Shown: in pieces, positions 47,061 through 60,954 of the stretch
Layout: every line of letters begins with the position of its first letter
Numbering within the stretch: position 1 is the stretch's first letter
Made by a program: the position numbers and the translations under genes
Assembly (NCBI GenBank): GCA_041753875.1
Contig: CM085492.1
Coordinates: 12,319,563 to 12,383,562, forward strand
Direction of reading: 5' to 3'
DNA: 64,000 nt
Source of the DNA: Acanthopagrus schlegelii
Taxonomy: Eukaryota
The notes under the pieces: model-generated
Told to the model about the DNA's origin: nothing
Database searches by the model: none
Seen by the model: only the letters and a program-made list of their open reading frames with translations

Positions 47061-47748
47061 GCAGTATGAGCCAGAAAGTCGGGGTATCAAAAATTACCTA
47101 AACCATCCACAACAAACCCGCCTGGAGCATCGACAGAGCGCCACCGTCAGGCTTCAGTGTGAAACACAGGCCCTGCGCCAGCCTCGGCGGCTCAAAGCCG
47201 GCCAGCATGGCTAACGTTAGCCAACCACCAATTAAAGAGCACAAAAAAATACACTGCAAATCAGACCAGTTCCACTGCTTGCAAAAACCAAAACCTGCAA
47301 AATTCTGACGGAACTGTCGTCGATAATCTGTAATCAATAATGGATCAGGTTGAAGCAGCGACTACAAAACCAAAAGAGCATCAGACGATGTTAGCTAGTG
47401 CTAACTTAGCTGGTGGGCTGATTGAGAAGCGTGCCAAAAACATTATTAGTCCCGTCAAGGAAAAGTCTTCACAGTAAAGGCTACAAAAACAAAGCTACAC
47501 CAACTTGCAAAAAAGGCGGATGAAGCAGTAGCTAAGATGCATCCACAGCGTCGTGTTTCTTAAAACCACAACCAGCGTTCGTGTATTTGTGGGGGTTGAG
47601 CGTCTCCAAGCTAGCTAAGCTAGCTACTTGGCTAGCCAGCACATTACGTTCTGTCCACTCGCAAAATAGAAAAAGCATCGTGGAAAAAAATCCAAAAACA
47701 AAGAAAAAGGAAGGAAAAATGAAAAATGTCTGGGAACAAAATACTCAC

Positions 47749-47900
47749 CACGACCTTTACGAGTAAAATGTCTTGCTTTCGGTAAAATCTGTCAAATTGT
47801 TAGTTAGGTCGTCCCTTTTGAGCACAAGCGATTCGCCCCCTTAAGCAGCGAGCTAGCTTTCTTCTAGCCACTGAGCTAACGTAACGAGATGGCGCAGTAC
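47749..47900 (-). other. hnrnpc: hnrnpc non-coding exon 1 (5' UTR) and core promoter region. The donor aaggtcgtg|gtgagt ends the exon at 47749 on the - strand.
   Basis: Perfect GTGAGT donor on the - strand with CpG-containing sequence upstream (47800..47960). Exon 2 acceptor is at 43373. The TSS is not determinable from sequence. Confidence 0.4.
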
Positions 47901-48333
47901 CGGACAGAGGCGCTGGTTTTATGTCACAGAGCAGCCCGGGGGAGCGGGGTCGGGAGCTAAGGTACCACATTAAGAACACTACCGACTCCGGTGTGACCTG
48001 TGGCTTAAAGCGTTCTCACTTGTTGTCTTTGAAAAGCTGTCCGTCTTCCCTCCTATACAGCCTTTTTTAAATTTGCAAGATTTTGCTTAAATTTGTCATT
48101 AATTTTACTGGAAAACGTGTCGTGTATCTCCAAATCAAACGGCTATATAACCACGATTCATCAGTCTGAAATCACAAACTTTTTCATTTCATGGTCTTAG
48201 TGTTCATGGCAGAAACAATGAATGATTGTCAATATTGTCACCTGTATTTCTCTTTAAACATATAAAGGCATAAAAAAAAATCGTTCTACGTGGATTTTAA
48301 TAACATGACGTAAACTTAAAGGAGATTAATCCA

Positions 48334-48336
<3 letters not shown>

Positions 48337-48363
<27 letters not shown>
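48337..48363. repeat. (CAA)n microsatellite.
   Basis: caacaacaacaacaacaacaacaacaa. Confidence 0.9.
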
Positions 48364-48366
<3 letters not shown>

Positions 48367-49437
48367 ACATATTTATTAAATCTATTCATTTTTTATTATT
48401 TAATTTGCATTTTTTGTTATGGGTGCGCTTCCTCTCTTGCTGTTGTGAAAATGTACACATCACAGTGACTTCCAAAGATAAAATTTACAAAAAGCTGTTA
48501 CACCATACAAGTGGCAATCAATCTGAGTCACATTTGCAGCTGTGATCAATTATAACTGGATTATTATGATTAGATAACAGTGTTGCAACAATGGATCCAT
48601 TTTTGTTCCATGTTTATCCCACAAAAAAATAAAAGAGAGAAAGATTTTTACTATCCGCATAATTTTTCAAAATCCTTTTGTAGTTACGCAAATATACTTT
48701 AAGAAGGAGCACAAAGCAGCAGGTCACTGAAATAATACCACAGCCAGCCAGGAGGTGGCACTGCTGTTATCAAAATGAATGAACGTTGACCATTGGCAAG
48801 ATTTTTTCACGAATTCTTTATTCAACAAAACTAGTGCTGAACTGTCCAGTAAGAGGTTTTATAATGTAATGACAATCCCCTACGCAAATTCTCCTATATA
48901 CAGTAATTAAAATCAAAAAAAGGAGTAGGACTCACTCAGATTATTAGGCGATAGGGACAATGTGTTATTTTCTTTAGACTACGACAAATTAAGTTAACTC
49001 ACTTCTATTTATATAGCCCAAAATCACAATCACATTACCTCAGTGGACAATCACAATCTGAAGAGTGAACATCCTGTCTCCTTAGACCCTCGATTCGAGT
49101 GAGGAATAACTAGCAATATTGGAGAAAAAAAAACAAAAAAACAAACAACCTTTCAACAGGGGAAAAATAAGATGGAGGAAACCTCAGGAAGAGCAACAGA
49201 GGAGGGATCCCTCTCCCAGGACGGACAGAAACGCATTAGATGTCACATATTCAGAACACAGCAACACAGCTGACAAACTTAATTGATAGAATGTCTGATA
49301 GATGTAAATGTATATAGAATATGTGAACAGTGAACACGAATGAGCAAGTCGAGGCACTGCCATGTGGTGCCATAAGGCCTCCAGTCCACTGTGGCGATCT
49401 GGAAGAGGACAGGCCACACAAGATAATCAGCACACAC

Positions 49438-49480
49438 AAAACAAACAAACAAACAAACAAACAAACAAACAAACAAACAA
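49438..49480. repeat. (ACAA)n microsatellite.
   Basis: aaacaaacaaacaaacaaacaaacaaacaaacaaacaaa. Confidence 0.9.
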
Positions 49481-50339
49481 AAAACACATCAATATGTGTA
49501 AAGCAGCAGTTCTTCCCAACCTCCTACGAAGGTTCAGTCTTTGCATTTAATTGTGGGATACTGGAGAGTTTTACTACAACCCCAACAGATTTTAAAAAAG
49601 AAAAAAAAGAGTTACTTGAGACAACAGTGGAGAGGAACATCACTGCTGAAGTGCTGTAAATGTCTAAAAAAGCTGGGAGCCACGGTACAACAGGATATGG
49701 TAGACCTCCAGCAGATGAACTTCATGTCCAGTTTCTTCTTCCTCATCTGGAATCACCGAAAAGATCTTTAGATGGATGCAATATTCAAAAGAATAAAGTT
49801 TGGCAGCTCTCTACAAGCCTCAGCACATTCACGTTGCACCTTAACTGTTGTTTTGTTTGTTTTTCCTTGACTTGACCTCAGATCAGAACTGCTTCACTCT
49901 CTGGCCAGAGCCGTTAACGTCAGACAGCTCACATCCTTATCATTTTTGGCAAATTGAGTTTGTGGCCCTTACACAATCCTCTCCTTAGCTCTGCCCGATT
50001 TCAGCCTGACCAGTCAGCCTTACTGAAACTCCCAGCGAGGGTGAGCAGGACCTTTGAATATACGCTGATGCCAGGACTATCAGATAAGTTGCCATCTTCT
50101 CTTGCAGAAGCTTTGATTCTGATTTGGTTCAGTGGAAGATGAGGCATCCATCTCACACACGTTTTACAACAACATTGATGTAGTGGCCTTTTATCCAAAA
50201 AATGTAAATCAACCATTCAAAATGCAAATCAGAGAGCCACTGCTGCACTATGGGCTTGTATTGTATGCAGGGTAAGTAACTTCAATGTCCAGTGAGCAAA
50301 CAAAGAACAAATTAATCCTGCATGCCTCTCCTGCTCTGG

Positions 50340-50340
<1 letters not shown>

Positions 50341-50364
<24 letters not shown>
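50341..50364. repeat. (AAT)n microsatellite followed by a poly-A run.
   Basis: aataataataataataataataaaaaaaaaa. Confidence 0.85.
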
Positions 50365-50371
<7 letters not shown>

Positions 50372-52839
50372 CATAGGTTCACCCAGGTGCATCATGGCCC
50401 TACACCTATCCTTTTACCTGACCTATCTAACCATGGCCTCCCACAGTGTTACCCAAATTTTTAAACAGAACAAAACATTTTCAAGACAAAACTGAACATT
50501 CTAAACATGGAAATAATTAAACTAAACAAATAACTAGCAAGAGTAAATGCTACCAAACTCTAATCCAAATAAAGCAAACACTGGAACAATAACTGTAAGC
50601 TGAAGCTGAAATTTACTACACTAAGGGTCAGAGACATCATTTAAAATCGAGCCAGTGATCTGCTGCCAACAGGGGGTGACACCATGTCAGTTTGCACAGG
50701 CCCTGAGTCAGGAGAGGGCATGAAACGGCCCAAAAGGCCTCTGTGACCCTGAAGATAACATGCTGGGGGTGCTTTCGGAAAGTATCTAGCCTTGGGCACG
50801 AGCAACACTATGGGCGGCCCTGACTTGGATGCTGGGTTAAGCTGTGACTCACCAAACTGGTGAAAATATGTTGAAGTATTGTTTCTAGCATCTTATCTTA
50901 GCTGCCAACACAGGTGGGAAAACTGGCTGAGGATGTCAGTGTACAGGTGTTGTACAGCAGACCTTCTTCATAGCGCACATGTTGACTTGTCACATAGTTA
51001 AAAGCACAGCTGTAACGCCATGAGACACAATACCAACCAGGTATTATGCATACAGTAATGCATTCATTATCTATGTTATTAATTACATTCTTTTGCCTCA
51101 TGACTCTTACGGCCTCTCCTATCACATGTTCTTTGAGATGAAGTTCCCTGCACTTACATCATTTGCAAGGGTTTCAGAGGCCTGGAGAAGTTAAACTGTT
51201 CAGCATTTCACAACAAAACCGGCACGATTTGAAAAAGTAAAATACAGTGTAGCATTTGTGTCTCAAAAAGGTGTAGTTTTTCTTCTAGTTTTCTAGTTGT
51301 CATGTTACGAACCCTCAGATTTACAGTAAAAATCGTGAAAATGCTTCTTGGACACAAACAGGATTCATATGAAGAAAACACTGGATAGAGCTCATGTAAA
51401 ATGTGGGACTCATTTTGCTCTACAAGCTGGTCTCATTTGCACCGTGTCATTTCCAGTAACACATTTGGAGTTCATTTGATCGTATGAGATGGGATAAAAA
51501 ATAGAAAAAAAACTTTGAATCAGCCCTCTGTTAAATACTGTAAGACAGTTCAACATGAGAAACACAAGTGTGAATAATGAAAACGAAGGATGGCAGTTTC
51601 AGGGTCCTGGTGTTGAGCGTGTCCCTGTCACACACTGACACTTGAATAAAACAGAGCCATTTTTTAATGTTATGAGTCACACCAGTTCCGTTCCTGCTAT
51701 GACAAGTCAGAATGTGGGCTGTGAAAAAGGTCTATTAATATTTCCCGATGGCTTTGTTGCACCTGAAGAAGGGAGACACACAAACAGACAGGATGGCAAG
51801 CGAAAGAGACCAAAACCAGCTGTTTTCTGTATCTAGTTAGCCAATGAAACCCCTACAATGTTCCAATTTTTCATGGAGAATATGTTCTTTTGTGAATTGT
51901 CTTCACCCATCTGGTTTTGCTTTGAGCAGCCGTCCCAGAGGACTTGTTTACAGCTCTGTGCATCATCTCGGGAATCAGAAATACAACTCCGGCTTGAAGT
52001 CTCACCGTGTAAGCAGATACATTGATAAAAGGTTTCTATGCTCGTTCGCCTCCTTCGTGTATTCATGTCAGTCTTAACGGTGCGAAGACACGTCCAGATG
52101 TTTGACAGGCTGTCATAAAGTACGTCCAAGTTTGGACGTGATTGGTGTAAACGTGGGAGGAGCAGGGAGTTCACCCTGAGTGAGAGGACGGTCATATTTA
52201 GCATTAATTTTCGACCACGCATACATGTATTTATCAATATATGTGGTGTTATGATAGTTATAAAAGAGAAACAGGACACTGGCAAGACCAAAAATAGATT
52301 ATGGTCAGATCAAGGTTGATACAGCGTACAGGGCTACAACTGGAAAAGGAAACTCTCTGTGTGCAGTAGAACCCATGTGGATTCACTACAAGGTACTAAA
52401 CACAGTGATGGAATGTAACTAAGTACATTTACTCAAGCATTGTATTCAAGAGCAAATGCCAGATTCTTATTGTAAAAGTAGACACTATGCAGAAAATTAC
52501 TTTAAAAGCATTTAATATCAGACACTGTAAGACTTATACTCACATACTCAAATAGGTTACTATGTGTATGGGTGTGTCACTTTTACCAAAGTAATATTTC
52601 ACACAGTATCTTTACTTTTACTCAAACATGACTTTTGGGTGCTGGACATTGGTGATAATAACAAAGACGAGTGATGAGGTCACCATGATGGAGTCCTTAA
52701 ATCAGATATGAAAACACGATATCTCTGAATATCTGTAGTCCAGTAATGTAAACTTATAAAAGCACTTCTGATCACTCACACTTACATTACGTGACTGTGA
52801 TCAGCTGCACGCGCCTCAGAGGATGAAGACAACAGAACA

Positions 52840-53005
52840 ACAAAAAAAAGTTCGCCTTAGCGCGCGTACATGTGCGCGCGCAGCAGAGCCGAGGCAGACA
52901 GAGCGCGCGGCAGTGACAGCGGGGCAGCAGCGCAGTCCGCGTGCAGCCAGCGCGAGGCGAAGACCCACCAGCGAGCTGCGAGGATGAGAGGACACAAAGC
53001 GGTAA
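52840..53005 (+). promoter_or_regulatory. CpG island (gcgcgcg runs) ending in a possible first coding exon ATGAGAGGACACAAAGCG|gtaaga (MRGHKA, 52984..53001). It looks like the promoter and first exon of an unidentified + strand gene.
   Basis: Very high CpG density over ~160 bp in an otherwise AT-rich region, followed by an ATG and a consensus donor. No downstream exons were identified. Confidence 0.3.
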
Positions 53006-55844
53006 GAGGAGCGCTCACTGCGCTTTAAATGTGCTTCCATGTCCAAAACCTGTCGACCTGTAGCACCCGTGCTGTCACGGCTGCTTAAGAAACCGTTAGC
53101 GCGTGTTATGTTGTGTTCTAAGGTTTTTTTTAGTCTCAAGTTCAGTCAAATATATCGTCTTTCTTCTTTTGATAACGAGCGTAAATGCAAAAATGATTGA
53201 GGAGGAATTCATGGGTGTAAATGTTAACAGCGGTCTGTGCGCATTTGAAGTGACTCCAGCCGAGACACGAACCGTTTTGTGCTGGATGCAGGATGTGCAG
53301 GAATTCTCTACAACCCACTAAGTTGTCAAGAAATGTTGATTAATGAAGAAAACCTCCTGAGATAGACGGAAAAAAAAGTTGGACAAAACTCCGTGTTGTT
53401 ACAATCAGGTCTAATTTTACCTCCTGGATTGCACAAGAACTTGTTTTGATTGTGCAACTCAAAGGAATTGAGGAAGGCAATTAATAGATGTGCTGCTCTA
53501 TACTGTAGTATAGAGAGCCCCCCCCTTATTACTTATGGGACTCTTCCTTTCCACTCCTTTGCAGACCACTGATTTATGTAATGTAGCTGGAATGAAAAGT
53601 GCTGCACAGGGGGTGGAAATCTGGCTTTCTGAAAGTCAAACAGATGAGGAGGCTTGTTTTAATCATTAGTCTCAGGGTATCACTGGCATGGAGTTTAGCA
53701 GCGGGATCATGGTTTGTACCTCGCAGGCCTCGGCCAGCGTCCCCACAGCATTAGCTGTGTGTGCAGGGAGTTGATTTTTACCATTTAATCTCATGTATGT
53801 GGCCATTAAAGAGGTAATAAACAACGTTTTTACTCTTCTGTAAAGTATTACCGTAATGTGCCTTTGGGAGGGTGACCAGCTTGTTGATCAATACCAGTGA
53901 GTCAGCGATTATTTCACCAGATGCTCAGATTGTTTGTTCAAGTGCTCTGATGGAGAGTGGTGCTCCGTGCAGCGGGCCAAGATTTGTTTCGCCCTAAACT
54001 ATTTGTTTGCCCTGGCACTGTATGTTTGCCTCAATTTCACACTAGGGGGAGAAAATAACAAAAGCATTTCAGTTTTAAGGGGACTGCTTTCCTCGGCTGA
54101 CTTTGCAAAATCTAGCGATTTCAAAACATTTCACAAGTGGAAGTAGTGATTGAATGAATTAAGTCAATTTGCCACTGCACGTATGGGGTAAAACTAAATA
54201 AAAGACAAAGGGTGAGAGGCCACATTGACAGGGAAAGCATTGTTTTATGCCAGACACAAAACGTATTGAGTTTGACACTTAAGTCTTGACCTTGACCAAG
54301 CAAGCAACATGTTATTACTAAACTTGGGATAAAACTGTTGCATGTAATTTGATAAAGGTTCCTGGCTGAAGGTGGAAGTTGTAGTTTAGAAAATGATCTT
54401 CACTCAAGGTCCATTCACAAACTTTTACCGAAGCTTTCAACAACCAAATCTTGATCAGCATAATAAGAAATAGCTCCTTTACCAAAAAAGGTGCTGTTTT
54501 CCTCTCTTCTTAGTGTCTGTACTGGACCTAACAATTAAGTGGGGTAAAAAAAGTACAATATTTGTGTACAAAATAAAGTGGAGTGGAAGTACAAAGACAC
54601 ACTGATACAGTGACGACAACGAAAGGAACTTATTTGAAAAGTGGCACTCAAGAGTATTATTAGAAAATGTCACAGCACAAGTGATGGTAATAACCAGTGA
54701 TGGAATGCATTTAAGTACATTTAAAAGAGCAAATGAGGCAGAAACAAATCTGTCACAGCTTGATCAGTGACTAAAACTTCATACTATGACACTCTACCTA
54801 CTCCTCTAGAGTCAGTTTGACACCTGAAGAGCTCCAGGGCCATGTTAGCAATAGTACGTAATACACTCAGAATAAAGCTTGATGGCAAACATTTCATAGA
54901 TAATGATATATTATGGTTTTGGACTGTAAATAACATTGGGAACATTGGCACATTTTGATCAGGGTTTCGGGACATGTTTAGGACAAGATCATACTTTAGG
55001 TTAAAATAGGCCAGCACTTCCGAAAATTACGTCACGTGATTTCTGTAAGTTAACTCACCTGCGTAACATAACTGAAAATGTTTTTTGGCAAAGTCTTGTG
55101 TATGATAATTCCAGCTCCCAGCTTTGGCTTTTTGTGCTCTTTACACAACTGCATGAGAGGGATGCTGCAGAAGTGACACTATGGGTTTACTACAGCGTCA
55201 AACTTAGAAGCATCGGGCCACAGACGAGGGCAATACCATGGCTTGTTTAGACACACTCTTCACATGTATTTTATATAATTTACATGTATCAGATATTCTA
55301 TCTGTGAAATTTGTGAACTGTGATTTTTTTGTTTCCATTCTGTACAATGCGACATCTACTGCAGTCTGTCTGTCCTGGAAGAGGAATCCCTCCACTGTGG
55401 CTTTTATTGAAGTTTATACCATCATGTTTTACCCCTGTTGAGTTTTTCCTCAGTCGTATCGAGAGTTGAAGGACAGAATGTTCCGTTCATTGTACAGATT
55501 GTAAAGCCCACTGAGGCAATGTGATTGTGATTAGACTATATAAATAAATTGATTTGATTTGATTTGATTTGACACACTGGGTGTTAGAACTGGCTGCTAA
55601 ATGCCAATGAAACACATCTGCTATCGTCTGATGAGGTAATTTTCTATTTTTTTAAAGATAGATTTATATTAATATGCAAATAGATTAAGAGTTCAAATCC
55701 AACTCCATTCTCACATCTTAAAAGTGCAACATGTAAGAACTGGCCACATGTCAAATTCATGCCCAAAACACACAGGGGGGCAGCATATCACCAGTCTATG
55801 TGTTGATGAAGGTTCTCAGTCTTCCAGGTCATGGTAATTCTCAG

Positions 55845-56290
55845 TGCTGTATCATAGGCAGCTGGACTTTCTTGAAGACGTGTCACCTCTCATCCAAGAG
55901 GCTTCTTCAGTTCTAACTAATTGGAGGAAAGTTGCTGGCTTTTAAACTCTGTGTGGAAGTGTCCTTATGGAGTCATTAAGGACCCATGTGAGCCCTGAAT
56001 CATTAGGGCCTGTTGTGGGTCGTTGACCCAACCAGCTTTCATGTGGTTAGGGTTAGGTGAGCCCAGGTGTGAATGGTTGTTAAGCTGTTTGAGGAAGGAA
56101 TGAAGTACTGCATTAGGTTGCATAGGTTATAGGTAGTGTTAAAGTAAATAGAGGTGGAGGCGGTCACAGGTGGACTACGACACTACCTATCACCCACTTA
56201 CAATGCAGTACCTAGTTCCCTCCCCAGACAGGTTAACAGAGAGAGGTGAAACGTCTTCAGGAAACTGAAACAAGTCCAGTTGCCTACAAT
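55845..56290 (+). mobile_element. MITE-like element. Its body is homologous to 6640..6920, and it is flanked by inverted terminal sequences (left ctggact..ttcttgaagacgtgtcacctc; right ggtgaaacgtcttcaggaaactgaaacaagtccag).
   Basis: Right end 56245..56285 is the reverse complement of the left end and of 6641..6680. Confidence 0.5.
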
Positions 56291-57527
56291 ATAGCACTTA
56301 GAATCACCAGAGTACCCAGTTAGTTGTGCAGCTGGTTGTTCGGCCTGGGAGCTCGGGGACCAGGGAGTGTTAGTCTTTACACTGCTTGCTGTGGCTAAGC
56401 AACTAAGACTTGACCCTGTTTTCAGTATTTATGTGACGCTATACTAAGCTAGTAACCTCATAGCTCTGTACTTAGTTGTGTTAATCTTTTCATCTAACTC
56501 AAAAAATCTAATTATTCTTAAAATGTGAAACCATTCCTTACCCAGCAAAACACAAAACTGAAAAACACAAATGGCAGTAAATGATAAACACCATATCGTA
56601 GAAACAAAACAAATGTAGGTCCTGTTGGGAGAAGTTGGAAGCAGAAGAGTTACTGGATCCCTTTTGATTTTGTAATCTTGTTACACCCTCTTCATACTAT
56701 TTACAACCAGCTGATGGAAACACCTGATCAGCCAAATTATTCTGTGTTGACTTTTCGGAAATGTCATCAAATCCAAGCAACATTTAGATGGATGCAACTT
56801 ATTATGGAGGTCATTCTAAGTCATAGCTTACTTACTAGTGTGCCATTAATACGCATGTTTATGTTACGCAGAACAAGGTGACCTAATGTACTTAATTAAG
56901 GCTTCAAAGTCAGTGAGAAACTGATCATATGGGACATATTAGTGTGAGGCAAGAAACAAATTTGCTTTTTCCTACATAAATATTTGTTACCGTGTCTTCG
57001 AGCCTGGAGTCTGAATTTGTCACATCCGATCTCATTCTAGTTAAAACCGCTGTCTTATGACAGAGGTGCCTGTGTTCAAAGCACGTTGATGAAATGGTTC
57101 GTCACTTGTTTTTCTCCTTACATACCTTTCACGGACATTAAAAGTGATTGCCCTACAAGCAGAGCTCATTTTGGTTTGGTTCAGAAATATTATTCCTGGC
57201 TGGAGGTGCGTGCTCTTTTGCAACACCCAAGGGTGACACAGCTGGGTAATACGACCCGCTTCGAGTATCAGAGGTAACTGTTTCAACATTGTTTCTGGTG
57301 CGTATTAACTGCAGGCCAATGTCTTTTTAAATCTTGTTTACTTGGCAAATTATTTCAAGTCCCAGATGGTTTGTTCTTCGCAAAAAGGCAAGTGAATTAG
57401 TGGGATTTCAAAAGCTCCGGTTAATGTGCGGAGGGCAGTTTATCTCTCAGTGATTATTATAAACTCCAGAGTCTTTCTTGAGGTTATTCTCACAATAGTT
57501 AAATAGAAAACAAATGTAATAAAGAAA

Positions 57528-57530
57528 TGT

Positions 57531-57581
<51 letters not shown>

Positions 57582-57625
57582 CGTGCGTGTATACGTGTGC
57601 CTGTGTGTGTGTGTGTGTGTGTAGC
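57528..57625. repeat. (GT)n microsatellite with an embedded (GC)n stretch.
   Basis: tgtgtgtgtttgtgtgtgtgtgtgtgtgtgtgtgtgtgtgtgtgcgcgcgcgcgtgcgtgtatacgtgtgcctgtgtgtgtgtgtgtgtgtgtag. Confidence 0.9.
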
Positions 57626-60600
57626 CTCTTTGGTTTAGATTTGATTCCATATTTAGTTGCAGGCAAACCCTTCATGTTTGTGGTTGAATGATTTATTGTG
57701 TCAGTCTTGGACGTTGGTGTAAGAAATATTCACATCCTTTAATTAAAGTAGCAATACAACAGCTGGATTACAAGTTTAAGCCCTGCATTTAACAACAAAT
57801 ATTATAAAGTATAAAAAAATGCAGTAAAAGTAGTAAAATCATTGTACTTAAAGTAAACATGCTCAAGTTACAAAGTCTGACTTCAGAATTAATCAGAAAC
57901 TTGTCTTTAGTCCACTGATTGCTTAATTGATTGGCTGGCTGCCAAAATATATTAACTTTAAACAGCTCTGTGCTCTGTTTCACCAGCTTCAGGTGTCTCC
58001 TTTCTCAGAGTCATAGTTCCTGAGTCCTGGTCAGAGCTGCTGTAAATCACCTCCATACTGTCTCCTTTGTCTCAGAGCTTGTGTTTGGTCACATTCTCTT
58101 CACTGGGAGGCTGCTGAGCTGAATCCTTGAGCCCAAGATGACTCTCCCTGTCCTCCCTTTCAGTGCGAGCAGACTCTCGGGCCACTTAGCTCCATGGTTA
58201 ACTGAGCTAATTCCAATTCCAGTGCATTGAGGAGAAGTTAGCAGCTAAGCTGTCTTCCATAATTTTGGAGCCACCTTTGACTTACAGCTAATTCTCAGAA
58301 ATTACCGTAATAATAGAATTTTGGACACCTTGGAACTGCTAATCAATATCTGACCAACGGTGTTTTGGACCAAACAGCTCTGGAGATTGTGCACCATCAA
58401 GGGCTTTTTTTTCTGCTGGCATTCGCACATCTAGTTGGAATACTGAGGTGATTAAAGCCAGCCGTTCTTCTTTACAAGCTGTCTTTTGTGTTGTCTGTTG
58501 TTTGCACAGCTGACAGGGTTTTCGAAATGGCAGTTGCAGACGCTGGCTCCTGAGATTGACCAATCAATGTATACTAACATCACTCAAAGTTTCTCTGGAG
58601 CCCTGGAGAGTACCTACTCTGACAAAACTCCCTCAAAACAGAGTTCTAAGACCTACGATCATTAACAGTTTTTGTGATGTGAAAACAGCTAGTGGACTTT
58701 TAACCAGGACAAATTGGAGATTTCATATTACATCAATTTTTTGCCTCATTGCAATTCCAGTTAAGTTCAGGATTGCTTTGAAGGCATTACATGGCTACTC
58801 ACCACTTATACCACTGACTGTCCGCTTAGATCATCCAACCAGAATCTATTGGCAACACCATGTACGAGACTGAAAACTAAAGGGGACTGCTCTTTAGAAG
58901 TCTTTGCACCCGGACTAACGAACAATCTCCTCCCTCCCATAAGATCAGCTGAATCCTGAATATTATTATTATTATTATACAATTAAAATGGGGTTGCAGT
59001 ACTGAAAAGGTTCCTCTGGTCCAAAAACACCTGTAACAGCCCTTCATTAGTGTGATATGGTGAATTTGGAAGCGAATAGTTGCCTACTTTCACATCCAGC
59101 AGATACAGACAACTCTAGCATTCATTTGGAGTTGTGATTTTGGTCAATCCGTGTCCAAAATTCAATCTTCTTTCAGTTGAGGTCTGACTTATACCACCTT
59201 GTGAGAGAAATATCTGGGTGTTTAGCTGCTAAATACTTCACTATGTTCACCAGCTAATGGCTAACTTTGTCTGTCTGCTGTTTACAGTTGCTTCAGTTTT
59301 TTTTGTGCTGAAAACAGCTGCATGTGAATTGGGTTGATGAGAGAGGCAAGAGTGAACCAAAATAGTAAAGTTGTGGGCCACCCCAACCAAATTTTATTTT
59401 TAACAAATATCTACCAGCACAGCTTTAAGATGAGCAGACAACCCGTTCATCCAACTTCATGAAGCTCTGTTGTTCTTTGTTCTTGAAAAGTTTACATGTT
59501 GGAGATGAAGACAAGGTTTCATGAGGAATAACACAATTAGACTAATTCATTTGAGTTCCCATGAGGTCTTCAGTGGGAGGTTGGAGATGCAGCTGCACAG
59601 CAGCAAGAGAGGGGAAAGTTTATTAAATCAGTACAGCAGCGGTTTACAATATTACTGTATCCAAATTAAAAGTATGCATTAGTCACAGCCAGTAGCAACA
59701 AAATGTACTGTTTTTGAATGAGTTAGTGTTTGGACGCGTACACTTAAGACAGAACCAAACTCACTGTAGAGGGAGCTGTGGCAATAAAGTTTAAATATTA
59801 TTTCTGGGAGCCACCTAAAACTAACATACAGACATAACAAGTATAGCAGTTAAATTAAAGAGATCTGTCAAGATAAATGACGCCTCGCAGAACGTGTGAA
59901 GCAGACGTACACACAGCTCTCCTCGATTCATCCGCTCCCAGAGGAAAATGAATTTACATTTCAAAGCTCGAGTACAAAGAAAATAAAAGAGGAGTGTTTT
60001 AAAGGATTCAGAGGCCCGGCTGGAAACAGAGGGAGAAATGTTTAAACAGGAACTAAAATGTGAGTTTCAGTGATGCTCAGACAGAAAAGTGTTGTTTTGG
60101 CAAAATAAATAAAGTGTATGTTTAAAGTATTAAATCATTTTCCCTTTACCCTACTTTCCCCTCTAATCCCAAATGTACTCGCAATATAACTCCAACACAC
60201 TCCTCCACTCCTACAAATAACTGAATCAACAAGTAAACACATGGATCTCTGCTGATTATTATTATCTTCTCAAAACAAGATGTGCAGCTTTCACTATGAG
60301 GTTTTAGAGCATTTATAAAAGTAGTTTCAAACTCTGAACTCTCATTATGAAGGAAAATCCTCAGAGGGTAGCCGACTGAAGTTGGTCACCATCATACACC
60401 TCCAGTTCAAGGCCTGTCCATTCCGAGTACAGACACTAATACAGATAAAGTAGTTGATTGAACAGATACAGGCGCATATACAGTCAATGATGTATTTCAT
60501 CCCTTGTTGGATGGTTGAACAGCTTTAGAAACCCTCTCCCTAACTTTCTGAAACTGCCACTTGACATTTGCATTTACTTCTTCTTTACCTGACCTCTAAC

Positions 60601-60954
60601 CTCTGTAGAGGTTAGAGGTTAGGTCTCTCTGTCCTGTTTCATTCTTGTTACAACTATTTCTGTCACTCCTAACATGAAACAACTGACTGTAACACTATGA
60701 AATATCTTCCAGGAGACTGAAATCATCAGCTTTTTACTTCACCTCCTGGTATAAATACTTTTGATTTCCAGTGATACCAGATAAGATTGTTCCAATACCT
60801 ATACCTGTATCATATTTACTTTTAGAGGTCCAAAAAAATAAGGTAATGCTTTATATTAAGGTCCTTGTAATGAGCATTAATTTATAGGGAATAAGGAAAC
60901 TTATAAGTCCAAGTAAGACATTTATTAAAATTAGTAAAAAATAAATACCCACAG

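Noticed and set aside
46909-47214. K-rich ORF (KKKNKGEKKKSTPPKKEKRKKKKRKKKRKKGKKGK)
   Set aside because: Artefact of translating the homopurine tract in hnrnpc intron 1.
57041-57290. Possible exon ending in ..RFEYQR|gtaact (+ ORF 57086..57277) and overlapping minus ORF 57041..57289
   Set aside because: No homology recognised, no partner exons found, and both strands are open, which suggests chance. Left uncalled.
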